A stretch of 64,000 nucleotides of DNA from Takakia lepidozioides (taxonomy: Eukaryota > Plantae > Bryophyta), in assembly GCA_030704615.1 (NCBI GenBank), contig CM060732.1, positions 73,222,001 to 73,286,000 of the forward strand, in the 5' to 3' direction. Both the position numbers and the translations under genes were made by a program. Each line of letters begins with the position of its first letter. The first letter of the stretch is position 1. The notes under the pieces are model-generated. The model was not told the DNA's origin. It saw only the letters and a list, made by a program, of their open reading frames with translations, and did no database searches. Positions 25,941 through 38,242 of this stretch are shown one piece after another.

Positions 25941-26417
25941 ATTGTATCTGCTACTCTCTGTAATCCAACATGCACTACAACATATTGCGGCTTTTATGAC
26001 TCCCATGGCTACGCAGTCATGACAGATTTGTGGCAGAAATGCCATTTGAAGTCGTAGATGCCTTTTGAAGTCATAACGCAGGTCCAGGGAAGGCGTATGA
26101 CTCTGCGCAACACAGATCAAACATGTTTGACCACGAATATTGGCATGGTAGATATGACTACCAGTCACGGTCATACCTACACTGGAATGACGTGCGCAAA
26201 TTGCTAGACGGACATATGACTTAACGACTCTCACTCTAATGCATTCTGCCAGATCATCACATGGATGAATCACTACATGATTGCACGTGTCGACACATGC
26301 TTTTCTGGTTATATATATAATATATCAGTATTTAAATTTTGAAAAAATGTCGGAGACTCTAACCACTAGAATGATTTATTTTAAAAAAAGAATCAAAGTG
26401 CAAAAGATTTGAAAAAA

Positions 26418-26600
26418 GCACATCGGCTGGAGGTGCACAGTGGGTCGCCCCGATGGTTCGAGGTTCAAATCCGCTGCCCTGCCCCGTGTGTGGGATTGTT
26501 CGTGACGATATGTTTGGGCGTTGATCGTCCTGTACCAAATGAAAGGGGGTTAATTTTTCCCCCTCCTCAAGGGCCTGAGGCTTCCTTTAAAAAAATCAAA
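26418..26600 (+). mobile_element. tRNA-derived SINE
   Basis: B box GGTTCAAATCC; body shared with 43841-44034; A-rich tail. Confidence 0.75.
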
Positions 26601-26839
26601 ATCAAAAAATCAAAAAATTGCTTATAGGGTTTGCAAGAAGGTTAAAAAACTTAAAAAGTTGCCCATCACGGTAGCCGTGAATAGAATTAGAGTGAGCGGG
26701 AGGGAGGGAGATAGAGAGAGAGGGCTGGGACTTAGAGCGAGCGAGCGGGAGGGAAGGCAAACATGCATGGGAGGCCGCAGTTGGAGCAACCTTCGCATCT
26801 GAAGCAAGCAACCCTAGAAACGCTAGGGTATGTGTGCGA

Positions 26840-29395
26840 GGAGGTTTTGGCTGGGAGCTCGCCGTTCTTGGGAGAGTCAGCTTGGTCTTAGCAGGCCGTG
26901 TTTTAATCTCTACCCACTCAGTCGCACCGTGGTGGTTCTCACAAACCAATCCGACATTACTTGACTACAGAAACAAGCAGCACACTGAAGAGGTCCTCTT
27001 GGGTTCATGGTCAGTCAAATCCTCCATGGGTCATGACACAAGGTCGAGGACAATGTGGTGAGGGCACCTTCTTCTTTGACCTATTTCAGCCTGTTTTGCC
27101 CTCTCATCAGACTCGACCCTTCATTTGCAGCACGGAGCAGAGCTGGCATGAGATTTTTAAAGATCCTTCATGATGGTGCAACAACCGCAATGGCAAGGTG
27201 TGGCTTTTCCTTAATGTACGATGTGAAGAAGTTTGTCCATCCTGCAAATGTGGGTTGTTGGCTCCTGTTAGTACCATGATTTGGTATTCCCCTGATGTTT
27301 CAAGGTTCTTGGGAGAGTCAGCTTGGTCTTAGCAGGCCGTGTTTCAATCTCTGTCTGCTCATCTGCACCGTGCTGGTTCTCACAGACCAATCCGACATTA
27401 CCTGACTACAAGACACAGCACACACACAGAGGTCCTTTTGGGTTGATGGTCGGTCAAATCCTCTATGGGTTCTTCTTCGACCTATTTCAGCCTGTTTTGC
27501 CCTCTCATCAACTCGGACCTGAGATGCATATGAATTATGTAAGTTAGCTCGTTGCTCATTGATAAGTAGGGTTGGGGGTGTTTGCTGGAATGATTGATGT
27601 ATGCATGATTTTGTGCAGAGGCATAGATAGCTGAAGGAGCAGGGATAGAGTGTGGAAGAGGGCCAGATTTCAAGCTCCAGATTATCTATGATTCTCTGTG
27701 GAAGGATAAATACAAGAAACCTGCATGGGTAGATGGTCAATTGGAAGCCACAGCAGCAGCGGCACAATTGATAAAATCAAGCACTGCTAATGAAGGCACC
27801 TTCTGAAACACATTTCACCCAATTTTCCCCTCTTATCAGAATCGGCCCTAAATTTTCATGTTGAATTCTACAAGTTAGCTGGTTGAGTGAATCTAGTTGG
27901 AGTGACTTTGACATGATACTGCCAATGTGATAAGAGTATGCATTGAACCCAGGATATTGGGATATCTCTTGGCCATGTGCCATCGTCAAAGCTGAAATTG
28001 TACTAGTTGTCATTCTGACCACAAGTTGGGATATCTCTTGGCCACTAGTTGTCATTCTGACCACTGCCCTAGTGGATATGTATGCCAAATGTGGGTGCAG
28101 CAAGCCTGATGCAAAGGGAGAGTTCGACAACATGGCTAAATGAGATGTGGTGTTGTGGACTGCCATGATTGTAAGGTGTGTGTAGCATAGGTGTGGGGAG
28201 TAAGGCTTTGGAAACCTAAAACAAATGATGTGGGAAAGGATGAAGCCAAACCAGGTCATGTTCATTTGTGTTTGTTAATATGCATATGCGAGCCTAGCAG
28301 CCCTGGGAAGGGGCCAAGAGGTTCATGGTGACATCATCAAAGCTGGAAATGTACCTGATGTCATTCTGAACATTCCCCGGGTGTACATGTATGTCAAATG
28401 GGAGCCTGGTAGCCCTGGAAAGGACGCAAAGGTCCATCATCAAATCTGGAATTGTACCACTAGATGTCACTCTAAACACTGCCTTGGTGGATATGTATGT
28501 CAAATGCACACCTGGCAGCCCTGGAAAAGGGTACAGAGGTCCACGGTGATATTGTCAAAGCTGGTATTGTATCTGATGTGATTCTGACGTTGCCGTAGTG
28601 GACATGTATGCCAAGGTTGCAGGGTGCAACTACAAGGATACATGGCTGTTTTGATAATATGGCTGAATGAGATGTGGTACCAGCCTAGCCCATAATTGCA
28701 CTTAACTAGAGTACGCAATGAGTGAAGATGGGGTTTGTGATGACATCGTCCAAGCTGGAATTAACAAATGTTGTTCTGAACTATGCCCTTGTGGACTTGT
28801 ATGCCAAATTGGGGTGCATGGAGGATGATGATCCCAGGATATGCACAACAGTGGCGCGGGATGGAGGCCCTTTGGAGAGGTCTATGAGCAAGTGGTGTGG
28901 GAAGGGATACTGCAGTGCAACCACATCGCGTTTGTTACGTTTGCAACATGTGTGCAAGCCTGGCAGCCCTGCAAAATAGCAAAGAGGTTCGTGGTAACAT
29001 CGTCCAAGCTGGAATTGTACTAGATGTCAATCTGAACTTTGACATGATACTGCCAATGTGACAACAGGAAAGTATCCAGAAACAGGTCACAGAAACGAGG
29101 AGAAGTTGTGGAATGAATACTTTTCCAACCCCAGTCAATGGCGGGACAACCGAGGGAAAAAGGTTAATGCCTGTTAGATTATAGAGAGCAGACGCAATTC
29201 AACATAGGAACTAGCACGTGATAAGCTGAGTTGGGTGTTTCCTAGAACAAATCTAGGCTGTCATTATCAGCTGCAATGCAAGGAAGTATGCATGATTTGT
29301 GTAGAAGCAGTGATAGCTGAAAGAGCAGGGATAGAGTATGGGTCCAGATTCATCCAAGAGGGCCAGATTTCAAGCACATGATTACCTATGATTAC
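26840..29395 (+). pseudogene. Decayed, internally duplicated PDF-motif/PLS-PPR gene copies
   Basis: SWHEIFKDPS*W, GPDFKLQIIYDSLWKDKYKKPAWVDGQL, TALVDMYAKCG, NYALVDLYAKLG; 26868-27120 is duplicated at 27306-27520. Confidence 0.8.
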
Positions 29396-29600
29396 CTTTG
29401 AGTTACATTGTCAAACACTTTGCGCGCTTTTACATTTAGCATACGGGCTGTCTCCAGAATGATATCTGACCCAATTCTAGCTTTGATGATGTTAGCATGT
29501 ACCTCTGTGCCCTTTTCAAGAGCTTGGAGGCTCTCACACGCACGAAGAACGCAAAAAAATACCCTCTTGTTTGGGGTGAGCCCTTGGTGTGCCGAATCAC
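29392..29600 (-). pseudogene. PPR L/S motif fragment
   Basis: LTPNKRVFFCVLRACESLQALEKGTEVHANIIKARIGSDIILETA...ARKVFDNVTQR. Confidence 0.75.
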
Positions 29601-30112
29601 CTCCTCGGTTCACAATGCGCAGCGCCCCTTCAGGCCATTCAAGAAAGCTTCTTGGTTTTCGGGTAGGCCAGGTAGGTCTGACGAAAATTGATGACGACGA
29701 AACGTGGCGACGATGATGAGGCACTATGGCACCCTATTCCTGCTCTACGGTAAGATCACATACGTCCATTAAGTTCTTACATTATTCCAGTCTATTTGAA
29801 TCGTCTAGAAAAATTTACAGTTATTCAGCTTAGATCAACTCAACAACACTCATTCATACATTTAACGAAAGGGAACGGAGGCCCTTTAAATCATATTAGT
29901 ACAAAGGTGTCTTGAAAAAATTCTTTTATATTACTAAATGGGTTTCAACTTTTTCATATAGATTATTATTATTATTATTATTATTAAAATAAATGATTTA
30001 TTTCTGTTTTTTTAATTCAACGTGTTCCAGCGCCATACACTGCAGTGATTGGTGCATGGCGACCTGCTGGTCCCGCCATACACTGTACTAATTAGTGTAT
30101 GGCAGGTGGCAA

Positions 30113-30175
30113 CGACGTGGCAGAGACGTGGCAGCCTCCATGGTGGGGACGACGTGGCAAGGAGCCTACGTGGCA
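30113..30175 (+). promoter_or_regulatory. Cluster of four ACGTGGCA (ABRE/G-box-like) motifs; may instead be transposon subterminal repeats
   Basis: Four ACGTGGCA copies in ~60 bp, next to the inverted repeat GCCATACACT...AGTGTATGGC. Confidence 0.35.
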
Positions 30176-30829
30176 GGGAGCCAGGAACAAGCCAGCCCGG
30201 GCATGAGGACGGGAGCCCGGGCCCGCGGCAGTATCCTGAAGACATAGTGCCGAGGGACAGCGGACTATGCATGGGACATAGTGCCGAGGGTGGGGCGGTG
30301 TGACGGACGAGGAGGGACGGAGCACACGAGGGAGCGGTGGTGAGGCATAAGATCGATGCCCACCGGATGTGCGCATGCAAAGCGAGAGAGATCGGGATGG
30401 AGAGTGCGGCGATGAGGGGTTGAGAACAAGGTAGAGGGAAGAGAGCATACAGGAATTGAGGGCGTAGGAGGTCGGCAGGGGAGTTGGAGTAGAGATGGAG
30501 TAGAGAGTAGAGGTGAACTATAAAGGAGCGCAGGATGTGGGCGCAACCGAGCAGCAATGGATCACTGCCTGTTTTGTAGGAGGTAGATATTTTTCAGACG
30601 ATCCCAATGTGTTTGTTTGTTTGTTTGTTTCATGCTTCTCTGAATCTCTGGAGAGGCTGAGACGCTGGGTCCGATTGCAGAGAGCACTCATTCCCCCTAA
30701 ATGCAATCAAACTGGCAAGCAGCTAGGACCTCCTGGGCGCATCAGCGGTGCGCTGCCAATAGCACGCCCCAACAATTTAGCTTCGTGCATAAACTCATAG
30801 AAGAAGAGCAGGGAGTAGAAATGGAACAG

Positions 30830-31200
30830 TAAGCCCAGGTATTTTGGTTTGTTCGGATCGTGTTCTCCCGCACATACCTCCGATCGTTGCGGAGTGCTTA
30901 TGAAACTTTCTGTTCTCTAAAACCATTGCATCCAGACGTCCATTCTCGGTCTGTATCCGTATCCTCTCCTTTTGGCACATCTGGAAGGCAAGATGCACCT
31001 GCCTACAGAGGAAAGCAGCCACTGTTCAGAGTTTCTGGCGTAGAGAGGAACTTCGATAGAGAAGTATATTCGAACGGGAAGTAAATATACACTCGGAGGA
31101 TCCTGTCCTGGATCGTAACGCATGTACTCTCGTCCTCGTGAATGAGAGCGACTTAACTCCGAGTGGGAGGGAGGAGGGGTTTAGGAGAGTCTTTAGACAG
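30830..31200 (+). mobile_element. L1 3' remnant
   Basis: LLWHIWKARC; nucleotide similarity to ~19160-19190. Confidence 0.45.
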
Positions 31201-32226
31201 AGAATATAAAATAGGCTTGAGGGTGGGCCCCCTCCATGACCCACTCTGCATAGGTAAATTGAAGATGCTGGAGGGAAGGCCAAGGGCCAAAAAGTGGTGT
31301 TCTCTTGACTGGGGATCCAGGTCTGCGTTGTGTGTTAACTGTCAAATGAGAAGAGTGGCAGATCAGACGACAGCAGGATTCACTCAGCATTGTCACCTGA
31401 TGAATGATACTAGAGACACTCTGCCCCTCTAGAATTTGGCAACCGAGATTGAGAATAGCAGTAAATGCATTGAAAGCCACAAACACTTGAGGTCATGGAC
31501 CTTCATGATGTCACCCTATGGAATTCCAGGTCAGTCAAGTAACTTCCATCAAAGTGTTGGAGTTGTCGCTCATGTCTGTACTCCCATGTCAATGTCCTAG
31601 CCTATGGTTGGCTCCATGGTCATTTGGGATTTTCAGAGGGGACCTTGACCATTGGCCGGAGTCCTCTCTCTTTGGTCCTTTCCAGATGGGCTTGGACCCT
31701 GGAGCCATCTCAGCAGTACAGCACTTCCACATGCTTATATGCACTCTTGGAAGGCAGGAGGGTTCCAAAGCTTCAGATTTAGGAATCAAGATTTGAAGGA
31801 ATACCATGTTTTTCTACAGGTATGCTTCACATGCGCTAACATTGCCAAGTAAGGAGGGCAAAACTGGCCACCTCAGCCTCTGTGATGTCTGGCTTTGGCA
31901 ATACATATGCAGCATTTTCCATCTGTGTATTGGGTATGGGTTTCTGTAATGCTCCTGTGTGCTGTATGTGCAGATGCAGATGAATAGTCTGATGGATTGC
32001 GAATTTGGAGCCCTTCTTTGAACTTGGAGATGATAAAGTTGGACCAAAAGCACATCTACTGTTGGGCAGCTTAAGGTCTTCCTAAGGATGGGTAGGGCTG
32101 TGAGCTGTAGGATAATCATCTGAATGCATTAATTCCAAGCTGCAGGAAGCATCAGTCTTCTCACTGGGACATATTGTGGACACATCGTGACATATGAGAA
32201 GGAGAGGTCCTCATTGACGGAAAAAA

Positions 32227-35200
32227 ATGATCCAATTGAAGATGGCGCCTGGACACTCCTTATTTCTTTGCAACCTTTCCACTAAACCTAGGGATGTAAT
32301 TCCTGTAAAAACTTCACATGTCACTTCTTGCTATGGAGCTCTTTCATTGCAGTCTTTTGCTCCTTCACCATTGTGCACATCAGAGAGTGCAGCCAGAAGA
32401 TGTGTTTTCGGAGGCCTATCCAAAAGCAGTGATTTGAGTAGACGACCGCTGAATCTGAAGGGCAATTGGGCCTTGGGAAGTGCTCGGGCAGGAGTCGGTA
32501 GTGATGGAGGGACCAGCGAACCTCAAGGATTGGGACCCTACAAACTCACAGAACGTGTTGTTTTTGATGAAAACCGCACGGTGCGAGAACCAGGTCCCGT
32601 GCAATCTCCTATCCTCCATCGACTTATGGAAGGTTTCATCCAATTCAAGGAGGAAAAGTTCCTGTACGCACATCCCTCCACTCTGAATTTGTTTTCTTTT
32701 GAAGAGCAGGGATAAAGTTTTTCCTTTCCAGTTGCATCAAGTGAGAAATTAGAATTCTCTTCTTGCTTTTCATTAGACACCTTTTTTCACTGCTTTGTCT
32801 ACTAAGAAACTACTCAAGAGTTATAGCTTCAATCTCAGCAGAGCAAAACCTGATGTCTCTGACAATCACCTGGATCCCTGAGAAGATTCATGAGCCCTAC
32901 AGTTTTGAGAGTAAGAAAACCTTTACATGAACATTCCTTTAGCAAGCATGGAAAGATAAAACCGCTTTACTATATTGCAGTTGTTCTCATGACTCTGAAT
33001 GATCGTGTGATCAGCAAGGAGACGGAGCTGTATAGAAGGCTGGCAGCCTCCCAAGAGCCTAAGGTACTTCTCTGCCAAGTGAGGTGAAAGAGCTACCTTC
33101 ACACCAGATTTAGGGTGGGCAATCGCCTGGGGAGCTTTGCCTTAATATCCTAATTGACACATCACAAGGGCTCTGATATACCAGCTCTGGTTGGTGGTTA
33201 GCTTCAAATGTGACCCCAGATTAAGATTCATGTCCGGTGGAGCAGCATGAAGGTGGCCATGGTAGAGAGATTATGCTTATAATGTTAATATGACTGACCC
33301 ATATTCACTGGCTGCCTCTAGCCTGCTGCAGAATAGTTTTAGGGGAACTTGAATGAACAACCTTCAAACTTTCCAATCTGAATGTATGATTCAATTCTGT
33401 ATGCAGACTAAAGTATAGAATATTACTTGGATGGATGCCAAAGGCCATGCAAATGAAGCCAAACCTTTGGGCCACTTTAGACAAGGCCATGAAATCAGTA
33501 GTCAAAAGCATTTTAGCTGCTCCTTTCAGGCACTCATTGGGATGAGGTGGACGGCTAGATTGCCCTTAGTGTAAAGTGTCCAGTTGAATTGAGTTCATTG
33601 GACTTGAGCCATTTGCTTTTAATGGTAGCCAAATCACTCCCTCAGCTTGACCTCCCCAACTAGCTTTGCCACCAATGGCGAAACCTAAATTCCTTTTTGG
33701 CCGCTGGGCACAGACTTGGGTTTGCAGAAAATGCCATCCTAATTTTTTGCAGCTGGAACTTGCCATATGAGCACAGATTGGACAATTTCCAGTGAAATCC
33801 TGTGTCTAAAGTATCCACTGGCTGAAAGACCAAATTAGTCCGATGAACAACCACCACTATTTTGTGCGCTCATTTGGGGCGTGTTTGAAGTGGGCCCTTG
33901 GTGCCCATCCCCATACACAATGCAGGTGTCAAAAGGCCACAATGCAGACAGTAAGGTGGATGTAGTATTCATCTGAAATGACAATTCACTGCTGTGTACC
34001 TCAGTGAACGGATCTTACCATGGAGTTATTCAGAGGTGCTCTCCTGCTAGGGAGGTAGTTGGGTCTCAGATTTTATGGAGTTGTGATGCATCGAGGCTCC
34101 GTGGCAGCACAGAGCGTCTTACTCGTTGTTAATGCCATGTGACTTTGTAGGTGATGGTCATTGCATGCTGTGATTCACGGGTTTGCCCAACATTGATAAT
34201 GGGGCTTGAACCTGGCGAGGTTTTCACATTACGCAACGTGGCCAATCTGGTTCCCCCTAAGGAGGATGAGGTCTGTGCATACCACTCTTTCTCAGGGCAT
34301 TGTGGTGATCTTCCAAGTCCTGGCAGATGTTTGTTCATCCAATTTGCGCCATAAGGCTGTGGCTGCAAGTGCATTTCTGCATTCTCATAAGACTATTAGC
34401 GGTTTATAGCGTGCAGTAGAATAATTGACAGACCATGTCCAGTTCAGTTGCACAATGAGTGAAAGGCTCTTGTTGCCTTGGTTGTTGGTGCGGCAGGGAG
34501 TATATCATGGGACAAGTGCTGCTCTCGAATTTGCTGTGACATCGCTACAGGTCCGGCTCTGGTTTCAGTATGCGTGAGAGAGTTTTGACTCCATTTTGCA
34601 AGTGCAGATCTGGGTTCTTGGAACACATGTTGACTGCAGGAACAGAGTCTAATAAGTTTCGATATGGTTGATGATAGGTGGAGCATATAATTGTACTGGG
34701 GCATAGCAATTGTGGGGGTATACGATCCCTCATGCAGACGTCTGATTTTAGCAGGTGCTTTCCGTCATCCCATTATCGTGTTTTTACTGCTGTGGGGTCT
34801 TGAAATTGTGCTGCTTCTGACAGAAATGTGCCCAAATTTGCTGGTGACACTCCTTGACAAACTTTTGTCTTCTTTGTTTTGTATATCGTCTTATGGTTTT
34901 AGTGATTTCATAGGCAATTGATGGAGGGTCAGGGATAATGAGAGTATCTTGATGAAACCATTTGTGGCCTCCTCTTTCCACCTAAGATTGGCTACATATA
35001 TACCATCTTACCTCTGTGCTGCCTTTGTGGCTTGACAGTAACTTCATAGGTAGGTGGATGAAGATTGCATTACCAGCCAAGGCCCGCACTCTAGCTGCGT
35101 GTACCAACCACTCATTTCAGGATCAATGCCGCTTCTGTGAGCAGGTAAGGATCTCCAGCTTTAAGCCCACTTGATTGATCCTTCCCTCATGTGTTTGTCT

Positions 35201-35547
35201 GTTTCCTCTATATCTCTGATTGTCATTCCGTGACCAGAATAGCAAGTTTAAGACAGCCAGACATCTCATTTGAGATCCCCTTGACACATCCTGCAGTCAT
35301 TGGGAATTATGAGCTGTCCTATGTGAGAGCATGAAAATGTACTACGCTCCCAATGGTATCCATGGAGTGATTGCACATTATTTTAATTCATAGCTGCGAT
35401 CCAAGGACACGAGTTTGGAGTCTAAACTCACTTATGCAGGAGTCAATCAATGTTTCACTGGGGAACCTGCTCACATTCCCATGGCTGGAGGAACGATTCA
35501 AGGATGGCCGCTTGTCGCTTCGGGTTCGGTACTCAACAACTTCGTGA
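32227..35547 (+). CDS. Beta-carbonic anhydrase with probable transit peptide; exons 32227-32663, 33015-33063, 34151-34270, 34497-34550, 34678-34754, 35039-35144, 35440-35547; last exon frameshifted
   Basis: [59 protein letters not shown]; Ser-rich N-terminal extension. Confidence 0.9.
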
Positions 35548-36024
35548 ATGGTTCTATGACCCAGCCGGGAATTTTGCAACGCCAGAGCAATCTCATCACC
35601 ACAACTCGCAACAGCATAGCAATAGATCACGATGCACGGGAGGTTTTGAAAGTGGGTATGAACAAACTATGGCATGCGTGAATCTCTCAAACTAAGATCA
35701 GTAAGAGAAATTGATCTCTTTTTGGCTAAGCCAACAACCTAAGTGCACATTTTCTGGAAACACATTTTTTCCTCAATGCAGTTTTTCCTTTCCAAGATGC
35801 TATTTTTCACAGGCTAATGCATGGGCCGGTAGATACCTGCAGAAAAATGATTACATTTCGTTAATATAGCTAACAACAACAATTCAATGTAAGTTTCAGG
35901 ATATCGTAGCATCTACTACCACATCTTTTGTTTCTTGAAGTAGATAGATCTGGACCTAAAGCTCCTGGACCTTTACAACAATAAGATGGTAGCTGTTTTA
36001 CTAGTCTGATTATAGTTGCCATAG

Positions 36025-36250
36025 CCCTTATACATCGAGGGACAAAGAGGTTTGTTTGCCCTTCTGATTAAATCGGCTACTTGTGTGAGCTCCAGAATTA
36101 TGAAGAATGAAACAACAGACCAGGATTTGCATTGGAAGAGAGTATTTTGTAAAGGTGTGAAAGCTTAATGAGCAGGAGCGGTCACACGGGAAGCATTCCC
36201 AGTGGCACCGGTCTCCATCGTATGCAAGTTGCAAGGTCCATGGGGAGTCT
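36025..36250 (+). pseudogene. Decayed fragment paralogous to exon 2 of the 51210-53747 gene
   Basis: SD*IGYLCELQNYEE..DQDLHW..EYFVK..KHSQWHRSPSYASCKVHG versus SDYIGYLRELQSYEE..DRDLHLKREYFVK..EHSQWHWSPLYASLKVDG. Confidence 0.75.
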
Positions 36251-37019
36251 CTAGCCGATTGAAGGTATAATTCATGTATGACTGGCCAATCTTTCCGGGA
36301 GATCCTCTTGGGTCTCAATCATTGAATCTGGTAACCATCAACGATACCAGGTTCACAGTGATAGCTCTGTTGCAGGCATCGAAAGAGTCCCATTTTCAAT
36401 GCTACACAGAGATTGCAAGTGTTTAAACGTTTAAACACAGCATCCAAAGCACTAACCTTGTGAATCCTGTTCCAATGCTCCACTTGGTCTGTCCTCCTCA
36501 CTCCAGCTTCCATCTTGATCAACATACTAGCAAACTCAATGCCCAACAACATATCCTTTGTCTATAAAGCATCATACTGCAGTTAATTCTACACTTCTCA
36601 CAATCTATGAAAAATCAAAAGCTTTTCACGAGTACTTGCTTGATTGCCCCCCTGTGAGCTCCGTCTGTCCTCCGTGATTCATCAAAGGATGAGCGTTAAT
36701 CGTGGACCATCTTGTCACATAACAGTTTCTATATGGACAAACATATCCTTCAGAAACAGTGCTGTTAGAGCTCCGTGCCATCATAAGCATCCATCTGTGC
36801 AGTGCAGTGAACTTCATGATCAAAAGAAGGACAGAGGGGACACTCATATCTAGTTTGAATAACCTGCCACGAGATGTAGCACCACACCCGGATCATATAC
36901 GATTAGTGTATCCCCACCCTGCATACACCTTACATGAGTGGAACCTGCTTTCAGAAGCACAATTACGAGAGTGCCTATCAAGATTGTCCCAGAGGATCAC
37001 TACAATTTGCTGGTTGGCA

Positions 37020-37075
37020 TCCCCACAAGGGTACGCTAGACAACGTCTTATGACTACATTCTCCCTCTCTCTCCT
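37020..37075 (+). mobile_element. 3' terminal fragment related to LINE family A
   Basis: CAACGTCTTATGACTACATTCTCCCTCTCTCTCC matches the family end. Confidence 0.55.
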
Positions 37076-37788
37076 TGCTTGCGTTTGCTCCCAACACTTT
37101 AAAGCCCTGTGGTAGCTTTATGATAATGGAACTTCTCACCACAGGAAAGAGGGCTGTACTGGCAGATGCTGGAATTACAGTAAGTTCAACGCATGAAAGA
37201 CTTTGAATAAATGTAAATGGTGTTTTCTTCTTGGCTCAGCAATGGAAGGCATGCAAGCGGTATCTTTCTTGTGTGTGGAGTGAACATCATTTCACCCTGA
37301 TGATTCAACACTTTGAGATGTTTTCGATGCTAGACTTGGACATTTTGTGTAGTTTTTCTTTACCTGTTCTGATAGATGCATTTTCACTCACTGACACTGA
37401 AAGTGAAGTCCTTAGACAGGAGAAACTGAAACAGTACAGTCTGAAATTCACTGATGTTTACATATAAACTTACTGTTTGGGTTAAGGTTCATCTCTTCTA
37501 TTCCAAATGAAACCCCATTACCACCCCAGCCCCTTCTATAATTCTTTTTAAGCATTTCGCAGGGGAGCATGTGGAATGCTTGCCGTGTATGGGCAACAAT
37601 CAGGGTGCACACACAAAGGAAAATCTGGAAATCCAGTTGTGCCTTCATTTATGACCACAAAGTTGATTTGTTCAACATTTGTGGGGATTTGATGACTGAG
37701 GGGAGGAAAGCTTGGGTGGTCAGGGTTGCAGGTCTTGCAGATGCTCTCAAATCCAATACCTTTCTGACCACCTTTGAGGTGGCTTGCC

Positions 37789-38242
37789 TCACCAGTATAT
37801 CCCCACAAGATCTTGAAAGTGGTGAGAGCGGTTGGCATCCCTTGCAACAATTTCTTGCCCCACAATCATCGAGATGAACTTGGTTGCGGTATGGCAGACC
37901 TGAAGGCTCTTGCTGTGATAGCGAAGAGATAATTCCTTTTGCTCCTCCATATCATGCATTACGAAGCACATGTCAGGCATGTATGCTGCCATCTTCATCT
38001 GCCTAGACAATCTGTTCAGCTCAGCATGAATTTCCTGAATTTGTGGACGTGATTATGTATGCAGCTGGTTGCATACGGAAAGATCAGGATGGCGAACCTG
38101 ACACGTGAATCCAGTCTAATTCTGGGCCATATGTCTCAAGCAGAATATCAGGGCAAACGCGTGGAGAGTAAGCCTGTGTCCACCTCAATCGAGCTGCACC
38201 CTCTCTCCTTTCTGAACCCTCTCGTCTTCTGCATCGTCTTGC
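37789..38242 (-). pseudogene. Out-of-frame, eroded E2/DYW tail of the PPR gene
   Basis: RKERGCSSIEVD, insertion, QIQEIHAELNRLSRQMKMAAYMPD...LRYHSK, deletion, CHTATKFISMIVGQEIVARDANRSHHFQD..YW; HxE and CxxC are disrupted. Confidence 0.85.
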
